Assembly: GCA_951406725.2 (NCBI GenBank)
Contig: OX597826.1
Span: forward strand, 72,726,001 to 72,790,000
Origin: Octopus vulgaris
Taxonomy: Eukaryota
Direction of reading: 5' to 3'
Length of the DNA: 64,000 nucleotides
Program-made: the position numbers and the translations under genes
Part shown: positions 12,781 through 24,750 of the stretch, piece by piece
Numbering within the stretch: the first letter of the stretch is position 1
Layout: each line of letters starts with the position of its first letter
Notes under the pieces: model-generated
What the model was told of the DNA's origin: nothing
The model's database searches: none
The model's input: only the letters and a program-made list of their open reading frames with translations

Positions 12781-13193
12781 TTAGCTTTAAAGAAAAGGTC
12801 CTTTCCTAATTGCATTGTCTTTATTGTCCCTAATATTATGTTTGCTGATATTATTGGAATTATCTCTCATGTTTTTGGATTTTGAACATCTATAGAGGAA
12901 GTTTTATCTTGTAATTGTTGGGCATAGTCTCAGTTAATTGAAGTTTTGCAACTCTCTATTTGACTTGTGTGAATCTGTACTGTGTATGTGTATGTAATAT
13001 GTAGAATGCTCCACTGAAGAATTTGCCCTCAGCCCTATTATTGTGTGTGTGTGTATGTGTGTGTATCTTACATACACAGACACACACACACGTGTATGCA
13101 AAGTGTAGTGTACTGAGTAAGTAATCTATAAGGATAGAACTAGTAACTAAGGCAACACAAACGCATGCATGCATGCTTGCACACACACACACA

Positions 13194-13252
<59 letters not shown>

Positions 13253-15708
13253 ATGCATGCAGTGTTGGTGGGTGTAAGGGGTGTCAGATTGCCTAGCATC
13301 TTTAATATCCATATGTGGCCCCTTTTCTGGTTAAAAATTTGGGGGATCCTTTGCTTTAGAAGACCTACAGGGTTCAGCAGGGAAGGGTGAGAGAGAGAGA
13401 GAGAGGGGGGGAGAAAGAGGAGTGCCTATCTTTTAATTAACTCTCAAGTCAATCTCTGCTCCCCTTTCTCCCCCATCCCCCACTGTCTGTGTAAAATGTT
13501 TAGGATCCTCTTCCCCTCCCACCAACATAATCTTCTCACCTCATCCTTTTCTATTTTTGTACCAGTTCTTTCTCTCTGGTCTTGTACATCTTATCTCTTC
13601 CCTCCTCTCCCCCACCACCATCTAACACTCATTACTTCTCAGCACTACCTCCCAGATCCTTTCCTCTCCATCCACAGCCCCTCCCCTCATATCACCCAGC
13701 CTCACCACACAATCTTCTCACCACATACCTCACTGTCTATCTCTCCTTTTTTATCCTACCATCCCCACATCTCTACCCTAAATCTTCACTCCTCACACCC
13801 TGACTCAGTATATCTCAACTTACCACCACCACCACCACCACCCATCCACCACCCAGTTGTATATAGTCTACTGCCACTATCATAGTCACAGTTATCATGG
13901 TCACCACTGTCACTACTACTATTACCAAACTCACCACCACCACCACCACCACTAATACACCATTACAACTAGCACCACCTCCACCACCTATGTACCCAAA
14001 CACCTCCTCATCCCACGCTACCAAAATAACTGTTGCCAACATTAGTTAGATAAGTGACCAGCTGGCAACAGGAAACTTGGTTTATGATTGTGTGTGTATG
14101 TGTGCATGTTTGTGTAATCTCACACACTCACACACACACACACACACACATATAGAGGCCTTCTGTTACTACTATAGCTATTAAGCCGGTTGTGCTGGGA
14201 GGAGTTGAATGGGAACTTTAGTGAGACTACATGGTTCTTGCTGAGAATAGTTTTGGTAGGATATAATAGGGATTATCTGGATGCAGATATACACATGGAT
14301 ATACATGTTTATCTTAAAGCATTAAACTCTCACACTCAGAAATACACTGCTTTACAACATGACAATATGCAAAGGTGCATGACTACGCACACATCTCTGA
14401 CTGTCTTTCTCTCTCTCTCTCTTGTCATCTCTATCATCATCATCATCATCATTATCCAGCTGCTCTACTTCCCCACTTCAGGGGTACCATTGGCAGTCCC
14501 CCACCTCTTCAGCCCTACCCAATTCTTACAGCTGTTGCCTGCCTCCCCTCTCCCGCTTTTCCCCATGCACTTTTGCAGACTCCCACCCACTCTTAGTTCT
14601 TCTGTCCTTACTAGCTTCTGTTCACTTGGTACTTTGAGGTACTGCTTGGACACTTCAACACCACTCTTGACATCTACTACTGATTTCTTTCCTCAACCGC
14701 TCCTAAATGTGAGTAGCCATGCAACTCCCCTACAACAAGAGCATGCTCTTCCTCGTCCACTTCTTTCATACCTTGACCCTCAGCCCCTAGCTTAAAGCCT
14801 CTCCCCTTAGCTTCATAGGCTTGCAAGCTGCATGTCCACCTCAGTGGTGCCGGTGGCACAAGATCACCACTCATCTTACACTTTTAAGTGGTTAGTGTTT
14901 GGAAGGGCATCCAGCTGTAGAAGCGATGCCAAAGCAGATATGGGAGCATGATGCAGTTCTTGGAACAACCTGGATCCAGTTAAACTGTTCAATCCCTGTC
15001 ATTCGGAGAAAGGTGCACAATGATAAAGACATGCGAGGCAGAAATAGAGGAGAAAATGATGTTTTTGGTGATACCTGTTATCAAAGAGAAGGAAAAGAAT
15101 TGAGAGACAAAGTAAAGAGAAAGAAATGTACAATATCAAATATGTCTGTTTTTACAGAGTCAAACAGATGTCTTATATTTGGTATCATACATTATTTCTG
15201 TTTCTTACTCCTCTCAATTCCTTTGTGTGTGTGTGTAGCAAGTGAATTGCTATATATATAGCAGGAATATATATTCCTGGTGTTTAGCACATGAAGTGCT
15301 TCTACAGATATTGGCTATTTGAAAATTGAAAGGTGGAAGGCTTTCTCATGCTTCCACTCCAACTATCTGAAAATCCACAAAATATCCAAAGAGTATGTGT
15401 GATAACAAATATTTAAAATGCAGTATATTTATATATTTATGTGTATTATGTATGTGTATGTATGTATGCATATATATGTATATGTGTATGCTTGTGTGTG
15501 TGTGTGTGTATGTATATATATTCGTACACATTTAAACACACACACACATGTAACATATTGTATAATTATAAACAGGGCAAATTTTACCCGTTTTTCTGCA
15601 GATTGAAAAAATGATGATAGATATATATATAATAATAAAAGGGTAAAATCAATTAATTAATTAATCAATCGGTACATTGAAATAACCTTTTTAGGTAAAA
15701 TTACACAA

Positions 15709-16023
15709 ATATTCTATAATTATAAATATAATTATAACCAGGGGTCAGGTAATTGCTTTGACACACACCGAATTTAGAAATAGGTAAATGCCTTTTCTAG
15801 TACCATAAAGATCTCCCAGACAGTAACACACTTTTTTACATAGGCAAAAAGAAAAAAATAATGAATCCACACAACTCAGATTTTCTTTTTGCCTATGTAA
15901 AAAAGTGTGTTACTATCTGGGAGATCTTTTTGGTAGTAGAAAAGGCATTTAACTCCTATTTCTAAATTTGGTTTTGGTGAAGCAATTAGCTGACCCCTGA
16001 TTATAATTATGTTTATAATTATA

Positions 16024-16029
<6 letters not shown>
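15709..16029. repeat. Long inverted repeat (arms about 148 bp, 25-nt loop)
   Basis: 15709-15855 is the reverse complement of 15881-16029 with scattered mismatches. Confidence 0.92.
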
Positions 16030-16059
<30 letters not shown>

Positions 16060-16900
16060 TGGTGCTATATAAAAAGCATTCATGCCAGTGCCCCCTAAAA
16101 AGCACCTGTGCCAACACCTCATAAGGAGCAGCCATGCTGGCACCACATAATAAGCACCAGTACTCGTGCCATGTAAAAAGGTACTCATACCAGCACCACA
16201 CAAAAAGTACCCAATATTCTCTGTAAAGTGGATGGCATTAAGAAGGGCATCCGGCCATAGAAACCATGCCAAAACAGATGATCAGAGACTGGTGCAGCCC
16301 TCTGGCTTACCAGCTCCTGTCAAATTGTCCAACCCATGCCAGTATAGAAAACGGACGTTAAGTGATGATGATGTATATCATATATATGGCAACATCATCA
16401 TCACCATCATTTAACGTCCATTTTCCATGCTGGCATGGGTTGGACGATTTCACTGAAGTCTGGAGAGCCAGCGGCTGCACTGTATATTTAGTTGTATACT
16501 TAGACAAATTTCTTTGTTGAAAGTAGACGCCTATATACACATACTTATACAAAACCACAAGCTCATATTTATTGAATAGCACATAAACCTGAACCTGTGA
16601 AATCGCAGGCAGACTAAATATTTACATCATCATCATATTCATCTACATATTTTTATGTTTTGCTTAGGCCTAGAAATACTAATAGCCTGGTGTTAGAACT
16701 CAGTATACATATGCTTCAGCAGGAAGTGTTAGTGGCAGCATACAGAGTGTAAGTATGAAATTACATAAATGGCAAATTAACAGGAAGGTGATGCACAAGT
16801 ACCTACTTCTGGGTACACTGCATTTCGTAGCAGAAACAACTGTAAGATAATGAAGGTCATTGCATAATTTCCTATTCCTTAGTCATTTATTTAATTTCAT

Positions 16901-16954
<54 letters not shown>

Positions 16955-18164
16955 TATTAAAATAATTAAGTTTATGTCCGGTCATAAAGTGACCAATGGC
17001 TTTGCATCCACAAAGACCTTAACCTTTGGTCACCCTATGACTGGACATAAATTTAATTACTTTTAATACATTACTGCTCTATACTTTAAAGTGTGTTTCT
17101 TTTCCCGATATATGATACATTGACGATATATATACATACATACATATATATATATAAATTATATATATATATGCACATTCATATATTCATGCATATGTGT
17201 GTATACATGTATAATCATATGTATATATATATTCACAAATGCATACACAAACATACCTGAACACAGATACAGCAAAAATATTGCAAAGACATATTGAAGT
17301 GATAAATAAGAAAACAAAGGTGAAAATGGATTTAGTTCATTGTGTCATTAGGAATGGTTACAGAGAATCGTGTGTGTATGTGTGTGTGTGCACACATGTA
17401 AAAACCATGTCTGCATTTATACATACACATTCACACACACACACTCATGCATGCACATGTGTGTGTTTGATATATATGTGTGTGCATGCCTACATATGAT
17501 ATATATGTATATGTAGGCACACACATATATATTCCCTTTCCTTGGACCGACTCCAAAATGGAACCATAGGGACACTGTTGTAAGGTTCACTATATCTTGG
17601 GATATTACATATTTCACACACACACATGCATACATCTCCATGTAATATACACATATACACACACACTAGTATTACATATATATATATAAATGTTTATATA
17701 CAAATTCATATCCACATATACATATGACTATGATGTGCACAACTTCATATAGCAGTACTCAATGGTGTAACAAGAGTTCTGAACACCTGGAAGCAAAAAT
17801 CACTTTTTCGGTGCCCTGGCTTTCATTAATAAGTATGTTCGGGTAGAAAAAAATTTTGCTACTTCATCATAACCACACCTGGGGATAAAAGCCCTTCCCT
17901 CCCCTTGCACCCCCTTTTTCTACATCCCTGGGTTTCCTTGTAACTGGTTTAACAAATTAATACACTTAGAATGTAAAACATGAAAACTGTGAAAAATAAA
18001 GATAGGAAGAAAATTAGTATAATATATATATATCCATGCTTTTGGTGCAAAGATACCATTATTATTATTATTATTTACAGGATCGTAAAATATGGCATTG
18101 TATAAAAAAACATTCGCACAGAAAGCATGTTGAAAGTTTGTTTATATAGAACAAATACGAACTA

Positions 18165-18443
18165 CATTATTTACATTAGTCAGATATTTGTCCTCATCTT
18201 GTTTGTTGTTAACACGATGTTTTCGGCTGATATACCCCCCAGCCTTCATAATAATAATAATAACTACAACATCGAAAAATACCTTAAGAATGAGAACCCA
18301 GGTTTGAAATTTCCCCAAGACACCTGATGAAGGTTGGAGGGTATATCAGCCTAAACGTTGTGTTAACAACAAACAAGATGAGGACAAATATCCTTCAAAT
18401 GTAAATAATGTAAATAATGCCTCATCTCTTAAATATAGAACTG
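18165..18443 (+). mobile_element. Penelope-like pseudo-LTR insertion with inverted 5' arm and 12-bp flanking direct repeat
   Basis: AAATACGAACTA at 18153-18164 and 18444-18455; 18165-18248 is the reverse complement of about 18328-18410; contains a hammerhead motif. Confidence 0.8.
18319..18364 (+). ncRNA. Minimal type I hammerhead ribozyme motif, degenerate (G12 to U)
   Basis: Stem I GACAC/GTGTT, CTGATGA core, stem II GGTTG/CAGCC, then (G>T)AAAC-GTT with palindromic AACGTT stem III. Confidence 0.75.
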
Positions 18444-19029
18444 AAATACGAACTAATATAGTTCTTAAATTTGACAGATAGAGGGAGGCTAATTCGCTGG
18501 TGTAAAGGTAACATACTTAGTCGTGTTAACAAAGGGATGTGGGTTCGAGTCCCATGCGGACAGGAAAGCCTTCTTTCTCTCTGTCAAGGGCTTATATGCC
18601 CCTTTATTAGACTATTTTCTTTGATGATCGCCATAAGCTTTAAGCTTATATAAAAATACCATATATATATATATGGGGGCGGGGGAAAACACACACACAC
18701 ATATGTGATTGACTTCTTTCAGTTTCCTGAAGACACATGCCTAAGGTGCCATGAAGTGTGACTGAATCTGGAACCATGTAGTTGGGAAGCAAGCTTCTTA
18801 CCACACAGCCACTCCTGAACATATATATGTGTGTGTGTATAGAGAGAGAGGTAGTGACTTGTGACTTAAGGTTCAGAATTATGTAGACATGGAAATGAAT
18901 AAAGGGAAGGAACATACAGAAACTAAAAGCAATTGTTCTGTTGGGAATAGATTTAGAGAAATTCTTGTGTTGATGTGTATCACTGTTGGGCAGAAATTTA
19001 TCATAGATAACAATTGGGAATTTCTGTTG

Positions 19030-19875
19030 AAATACCCTGCTTGGGGCTACTGATCAGATATGTGGCTGGAGTGAAGTTCCAGCCAAGATGAAAGTGATAT
19101 GATTGATAGGGTGGTAAAGGCTAATTAGACAGCTAGGAAAATCTGGGAGGCAGGCAATAGCAGGGAGTGCTACCAAGTGGTTAGAAGGGGAGACAGGTAT
19201 AGTTGGCTACGAGTGAAGCAAGAAGAAAGAGATTTAAGTATGTCCAGCAATGTGAAGAAGAGAGGCATGAAGTGTTGATGACAGTGTGTGAAAGAGAAAT
19301 GAGATGTCATTGGTGAGAAGTGTATTCAGAAGGATGAGAGCATACTCATCATTGGTAGGGAAGACCAGAAAATGGCATCGAACTGCTGTTATGAGAGGCT
19401 GTTTAATGTGGAGAATGTATTAGATAAAGAGAGGCTACTTTATGCTGACCGGCAATCGGGATAGGTGCAGAGATACTCAAGATGTCTGTTGAGGTAGGAT
19501 ACATGGTTACTTCTCAGATAGTTAATTTGATCATAAGAATGGTGTTGTAACCAATGACAGGTGTAGTGGTATGATTGTGAAATGCTACCAAGACAAAGGA
19601 GACACCTTATGGAGAGGAAATTATAAAGGAATCAAACTACTGGATCATGTTGTGAAGGTCATGAAGAAAATTACAGCACAACTGATCTGTGGTGGAGGAG
19701 ACCCAGATGAGTTGAACTTAGTATCCAGAACAGATGCCATGTACGAAATCTTCCTAGTGAGGCAGCCACTGGAGAAATACTTGGTTAAGAGTAAACTATT
19801 GTTCTTAGAACTTGTGAACTTGGAGGATGTGTTTTGACAGGATATCACATTCGGTAATTTAGTGTCACCAAGGAA
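19030..19875 (+). mobile_element. RTE-clade LINE relic (RT N-terminal part)
   Basis: KGDTLWRGNYKGIKLLDHVVKV..IFLVRQPLEKY..FLELVNLEDVF resembles RTE KGD..C.NYRGIKLL..RQLQEKY..F.DLEKAFD; frameshifted. Confidence 0.8.
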
Positions 19876-20264
19876 ACTGATGTTGGTGTGTTTATGTCCC
19901 CGTAACTTAGTTGTTCAGCAAAAACAGACTGATAGAATAAGTGCTAGGCTTACAAAGAATAAGTCCTGGGGTTAATTTGTTTGACTAAAGGCGGTGCTCC
20001 AGCATGGCTGCAGTCAAATGACTGAAACAAATAACAGAGCAAAATAATATAGCCATTCTAGGCTATGGACACACAAGAGGTATAACAATCAGACTAACAG
20101 AGAAAGTAAGTTCTGGAATTATAAGTCTTTCATTTATAATGAATTAAAGAATACTCTACATTTAGGTTTTGAGTTCTGCTATTTATTAATTCTTAGCAAA
20201 TCAACAGATATATATATATATCATCATCATCATCATCATCGTTTAACGTCCGCTTTCCATGCTA

Positions 20265-20314
<50 letters not shown>

Positions 20315-20863
20315 GGAGTAAACACATAAATGTGAAACAAGGTGGAAAAAAGAGTACTCAAATACCAGTGGTAGAGTAATATGCTTTATTAAATAAAGTA
20401 TTAATAAAGTATATATTAATAAAGTAAATGTGTGTGTGTATATCTGTGTGTGTATAAACTCACAGATGCATGCATGTGCATACACACATACTTACACATA
20501 ATGTTGGTGTCTTTATGTCCCCGTAACTTAGTTGTTCAGCAAAAACAGACTGATAGAATAAGTGCTAGGCTTACAAAGAATTCTTGCTTCTATTTTGGGT
20601 AATATGTTCAGGGCATTCACCTTTGCATATAAAAAGGGGATAGCTGAAGTGAGGGAGCCAAGTTGGGTACAGAAGGATCCTCCCAGCTGTGAAGTTACAG
20701 TGAAACTTGAGTAGTTTATTATAGAATCCTTCCCTGATGTTCTCTAAGATTCTGGTAAATTACTAATCCTTCCCATACTACATGTAGCTACCTTTCTGCT
20801 GTCGAAACACACTCCCACTCACCCACCCAAAGATATATTTGCAAGGATGTCTGTGTGTATGTA

Positions 20864-20918
<55 letters not shown>

Positions 20919-21060
20919 TATATAGTCATATATGTATAAATATATGTATACATGTTTGTGTCTATGTATATATATATATGTACATATGTGTATGTATGTA
21001 TGTATTTATGTGTACATATGTATGCATATATTTATGTATTTATATATATATATATATATA

Positions 21061-22287
21061 TAGGGTGCAGTGATAAACTGTTGTCTAGATTACACAAAAA
21101 TGAAAATAACACTGACATCTTATTTTAACAGATATATTTACCAAAATTACATAAAAATGTCTTGAAATACTAAAGAGTAAATTTATTCAATAAAATTGCC
21201 ATTGGCTTCAATAAGTGTCCAGGCGACTTTGGAATCTCCAGCAACTCTTCTGGACAGTCTCCTTGAATGCTGCTATAATCCTTGCCTTCAGTTCATCTTT
21301 GGTGTTACAAGGAGTTTTGTTGGTCTCTTGCTCAACTGTGCCCCCACACATAATAATCAAGGGAGTTGCAGTCTGGGGAGTTAGGTGGCCAGATATTAGG
21401 AGCGATGTGGTTACAGAAATTGTCTGACAGCCATGAATGGGTTCTGTTACTTGTGTGGCATGGTGCAGAGTCCTGTTGCCAGACATAGGGTCTTCCACAG
21501 CCACCCTCTTGATCCAGGGCAGCACTACCTCCTCCAGGCACTTGATGCAGGCTTCTGTATTGAATCTGAGGCTGTGTGGGAAAATGAATGTAGACATAAT
21601 GTTGCCATCACTAGTGACCACTCTAAACACCATGATATTGACTGGATGTTTGGTTTTTATCAGTTTCAATACATGTTTTGAGGACAAGGCAAGCCAACAG
21701 TTGTTTCTGTGTGTTCGTCATCAGATCATGGCAGAATTTTTTCTCGTCTGAGAAAAACCAAAGCATGTTCAGTTGGAGGGAGTGCTTGAGTTTGTCCAAA
21801 AGCTTCATAGCATGGTCTTTCCTCTTGTCCTTGATGACTTGGGATAAAAATTGGCCCATTTTTGTCTTGTATGAGGAATACCAAATGTCTTCATGTGCTA
21901 CCTGCCTGATAAGAGACTCAGACACTCCCATGTCCCTGATTGACATGGAAGGATTGTTGTCAATCATGGCCTGGATCTCACCAGCAAAATGATCAGAGTA
22001 AGTTTTCCGAGCTGCCATACCATCCAACTCTTTTCTCTGCACTGTCTTCAGACAGACACCGAAACACTCTGAAATGTTCGTATTGGAGCTTCTGGTATGA
22101 ATGCCAAGAAGTACAGCATGTCGTTTCCAAATTTCTGGCAGAGTGAATTGCATCATGGTACTGTTTTTCTCACAAATGATGCCCAACTGACCCTACTATA
22201 CTGTGTAGTCAACAAAATCAAAAACAAACAATACACATGTGAAAAATTAAAATTATAAAATGGTGAAAATTTACCCATAACACCCTG
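21061..22287 (-). mobile_element. Tc1/mariner DD37D (maT) transposon, near full length, frameshifted
   Basis: FFSDEKKF, QQDSAPCH and WPPNSPDCNSLDYYVW, with 37 residues between the second and third D; ends (C/T)AGGGTG...CACCCTG flanked by TA. Confidence 0.92.
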
Positions 22288-23839
22288 TATGTATGAAAAT
22301 ACATTGTCACCATTTGTGCTGGGAAATGTGTCTGTCAGGGTTGCAAATTACAGTGAATAAAGGAAGGGTAATACAGTGATGAGATGGTTTCTGACAGGAA
22401 GGGGAAAAGGTCCAGATCATCATCATTTAACATCTACTCGTCCATGCTTGCAAGGTTCAAACAGGATTTTAGGGGACAGATTTTCTGCTACAAGTTGCCC
22501 TTCTTGTCATTGACCCTCACTTGTATCCAAAGAAGGTAATATTTTCCCAGAGCCAGATATGTTTTTCATAGAAGATTGAAAATAAACAATCATTTGCATG
22601 GCGATGGCACTCTTTTACTGCCATCATGGTATGTCTAGAGAAGGGTACACATGAAGACATACATGCATATATGTATTAGGTATGTATTCAGTGGGTTTCT
22701 CTCAGTTTCCGTTGACAGCTATCAAATCCACTTACAAGTCTTTGGTTGGCCCAGGGCTGTAGTAAAAGGCACTTGCTGAAGATGTAGAGATCTTAAACTA
22801 ATTTCACCTGCTTTAACTTTCAAATCACTGTTCAATTCTGAGAGACCATGAAAGGTGGCAGAAAGAGCAAGGCATACCTTTTTAAGGGAAGGCATCCATT
22901 ATAACTGCTGGTTGAAATACCATTTTCATAGTGAACTCCTACACTGGAAAAAAAAAATCATTTCTTGACTGAATAACATTAAACATACATGGAAATAGGC
23001 TCCAACAGTATCTGCTTAAGCCTTACTAATGCAAATCTGATCAGGTCAAGGTACACTAAATACGGTAGTAAGAAACTCTCAAGGGAGCTGAACAGAAGAA
23101 GGGTCTTCAGAGAAGAAACCCCACTCAGTAAGTGTTTTCAGCCTGTAACTTCTTACACATCCAGGTCATGACTCCTGGGTGTCCTTCTGCTGATACTTTT
23201 TAGCCACTTAGCAGAGATTTATGTATTTAAGCTGCTTGGAGATTTTATTTAACTGTACCTCCTTTCTGTTCACTCAGCTTTCTAATTTATACTTTACTAG
23301 CTTCAAAGCTGCACTCTGCGCAGACTTTTGAGCTAGCCCCGGCTGAGGGCTAATTGGACCTGTGACCCAAAACTAGAGAGCAATATTAGTAAAGCATTTA
23401 CTGGTACCCTGCCAATATGGTATTACTTTAAATTCAGTTTAAATAAAAAAGTTCACAAATTTTTTTGAGTTCTTTTAAAATTTGAATTTTCAACTGTTAA
23501 CATATGACAAATCCTTATCCAGACCTGATCCCAATGCTGGATGTTCAAGAACTAAATGAAGGGCAGATTTTCAATTCTAGGATCATCCTGATTCCAAAAC
23601 AGTATAATATGTCTATGTAGAGCAAATGTAGACTGAGATACAGGGGTCCTGGATGGACAGACAGAATTTCGTGTGTATTATAGAAGAAGAAATAATGTTG
23701 GTTGTCGTGGTAGTGGTGAAACGTCAATTCTATCACAATGAATCTCTCAGAATTACTTCCCTTTGTGTGTTAAGATATAAAAATATGCCTCCTTGTTTTT
23801 GTTCCTCCTTGATATAGAGGGCATATAAGATTGTGGTAT

Positions 23840-24405
23840 GAGGTTCAAGGTTCACCATCAACCAGTGAAAGCGGTTGTCAATAACAGCAATCGTCAATTA
23901 ATTACCTCTAAGAAAAAGAGTGCTCAAGGAAAGGGGCTCAGTTTGATGGCAATTATCAAGCATTTTCTATACCTAGTTGTGATAGCCCCTATTGCTAAGG
24001 TAGCTTTGAAAATATCGAAGACACAGGCTGACAAGCTGGGAGGGAAAATGAGGCAAGCACTAGAAAAATCCAAACTGCTCAAATCAGACATCACAAGATA
24101 GGCAAAAAATGGCTACTAGAACACTGCACAGTGATATCTGTATAATGATGCTACTAGCAGAAAAAAAGTTAAGATATTGGTGGTGATGGGCAGGTTGTAA
24201 TATACAGAGAAATTGGCGAGCCTAGTTGGGGATAGTCGCTACTGGAAGTTAAAGGAACATTTAATCCTGATAACTGAATGAAAATCACCACAGGCCCTAG
24301 AAAAGAACAAGGATCACTTCACATTGAATGAGTACAGAGAATTGAATCAACATTATAGAGTGTTAGGGGGACAGTATGGTCTCCCTAACATTCACAAAGA
24401 TATCT
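23840..24405 (+). mobile_element. Penelope-like RT N-terminal relic
   Basis: Degenerate ..KSDIT..AL..L, Y.EKL..LVGD..YWKL and YGLPNIHK, matching the PLE YGLPKIHK motif. Confidence 0.72.
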
Positions 24406-24470
24406 TTGGAAGTGTTTTTCTATCTCTTACTTTTGATTTTTATTTCTCTTTCTTGTTAATGAATTTTTGG

Positions 24471-24750
24471 TTAGTTTAATTTTATCAAATAGTCTGTTTC
24501 TTAAATGGAATATTCCACCTTTTTGTTTAGTTTAATCAAACATATTTGTTACTGAAAATGGAATATTCCATTTTGGTAGGGTAGTTTAATCAAACATGTC
24601 TTTTGGCAAATTGGAAGATTCCATTCTAGGGGTTAGGTGTTACTTTAGTTGAATCAAATGTCTATTGGTTAAATGGAACATTTCATTATTTTTTAGTTAG
24701 TATAGTTAGTTTAATCAAATCAGCCTATTGGTAGAATGGGATATTTCAGT
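24471..24750. repeat. Degenerate tandem repeat, about 5 units of 55-65 bp
   Basis: Each unit reads TAGTTTAATCAAA...AATGGAATATTCCA. Confidence 0.8.

Noticed and set aside
18488-18562. Apparent tRNA gene (A box, GTGGGTTCGAGTCCCAT T arm)
   Set aside because: Anticodon and acceptor stems pair poorly; treated as a tRNA-derived repeat head.
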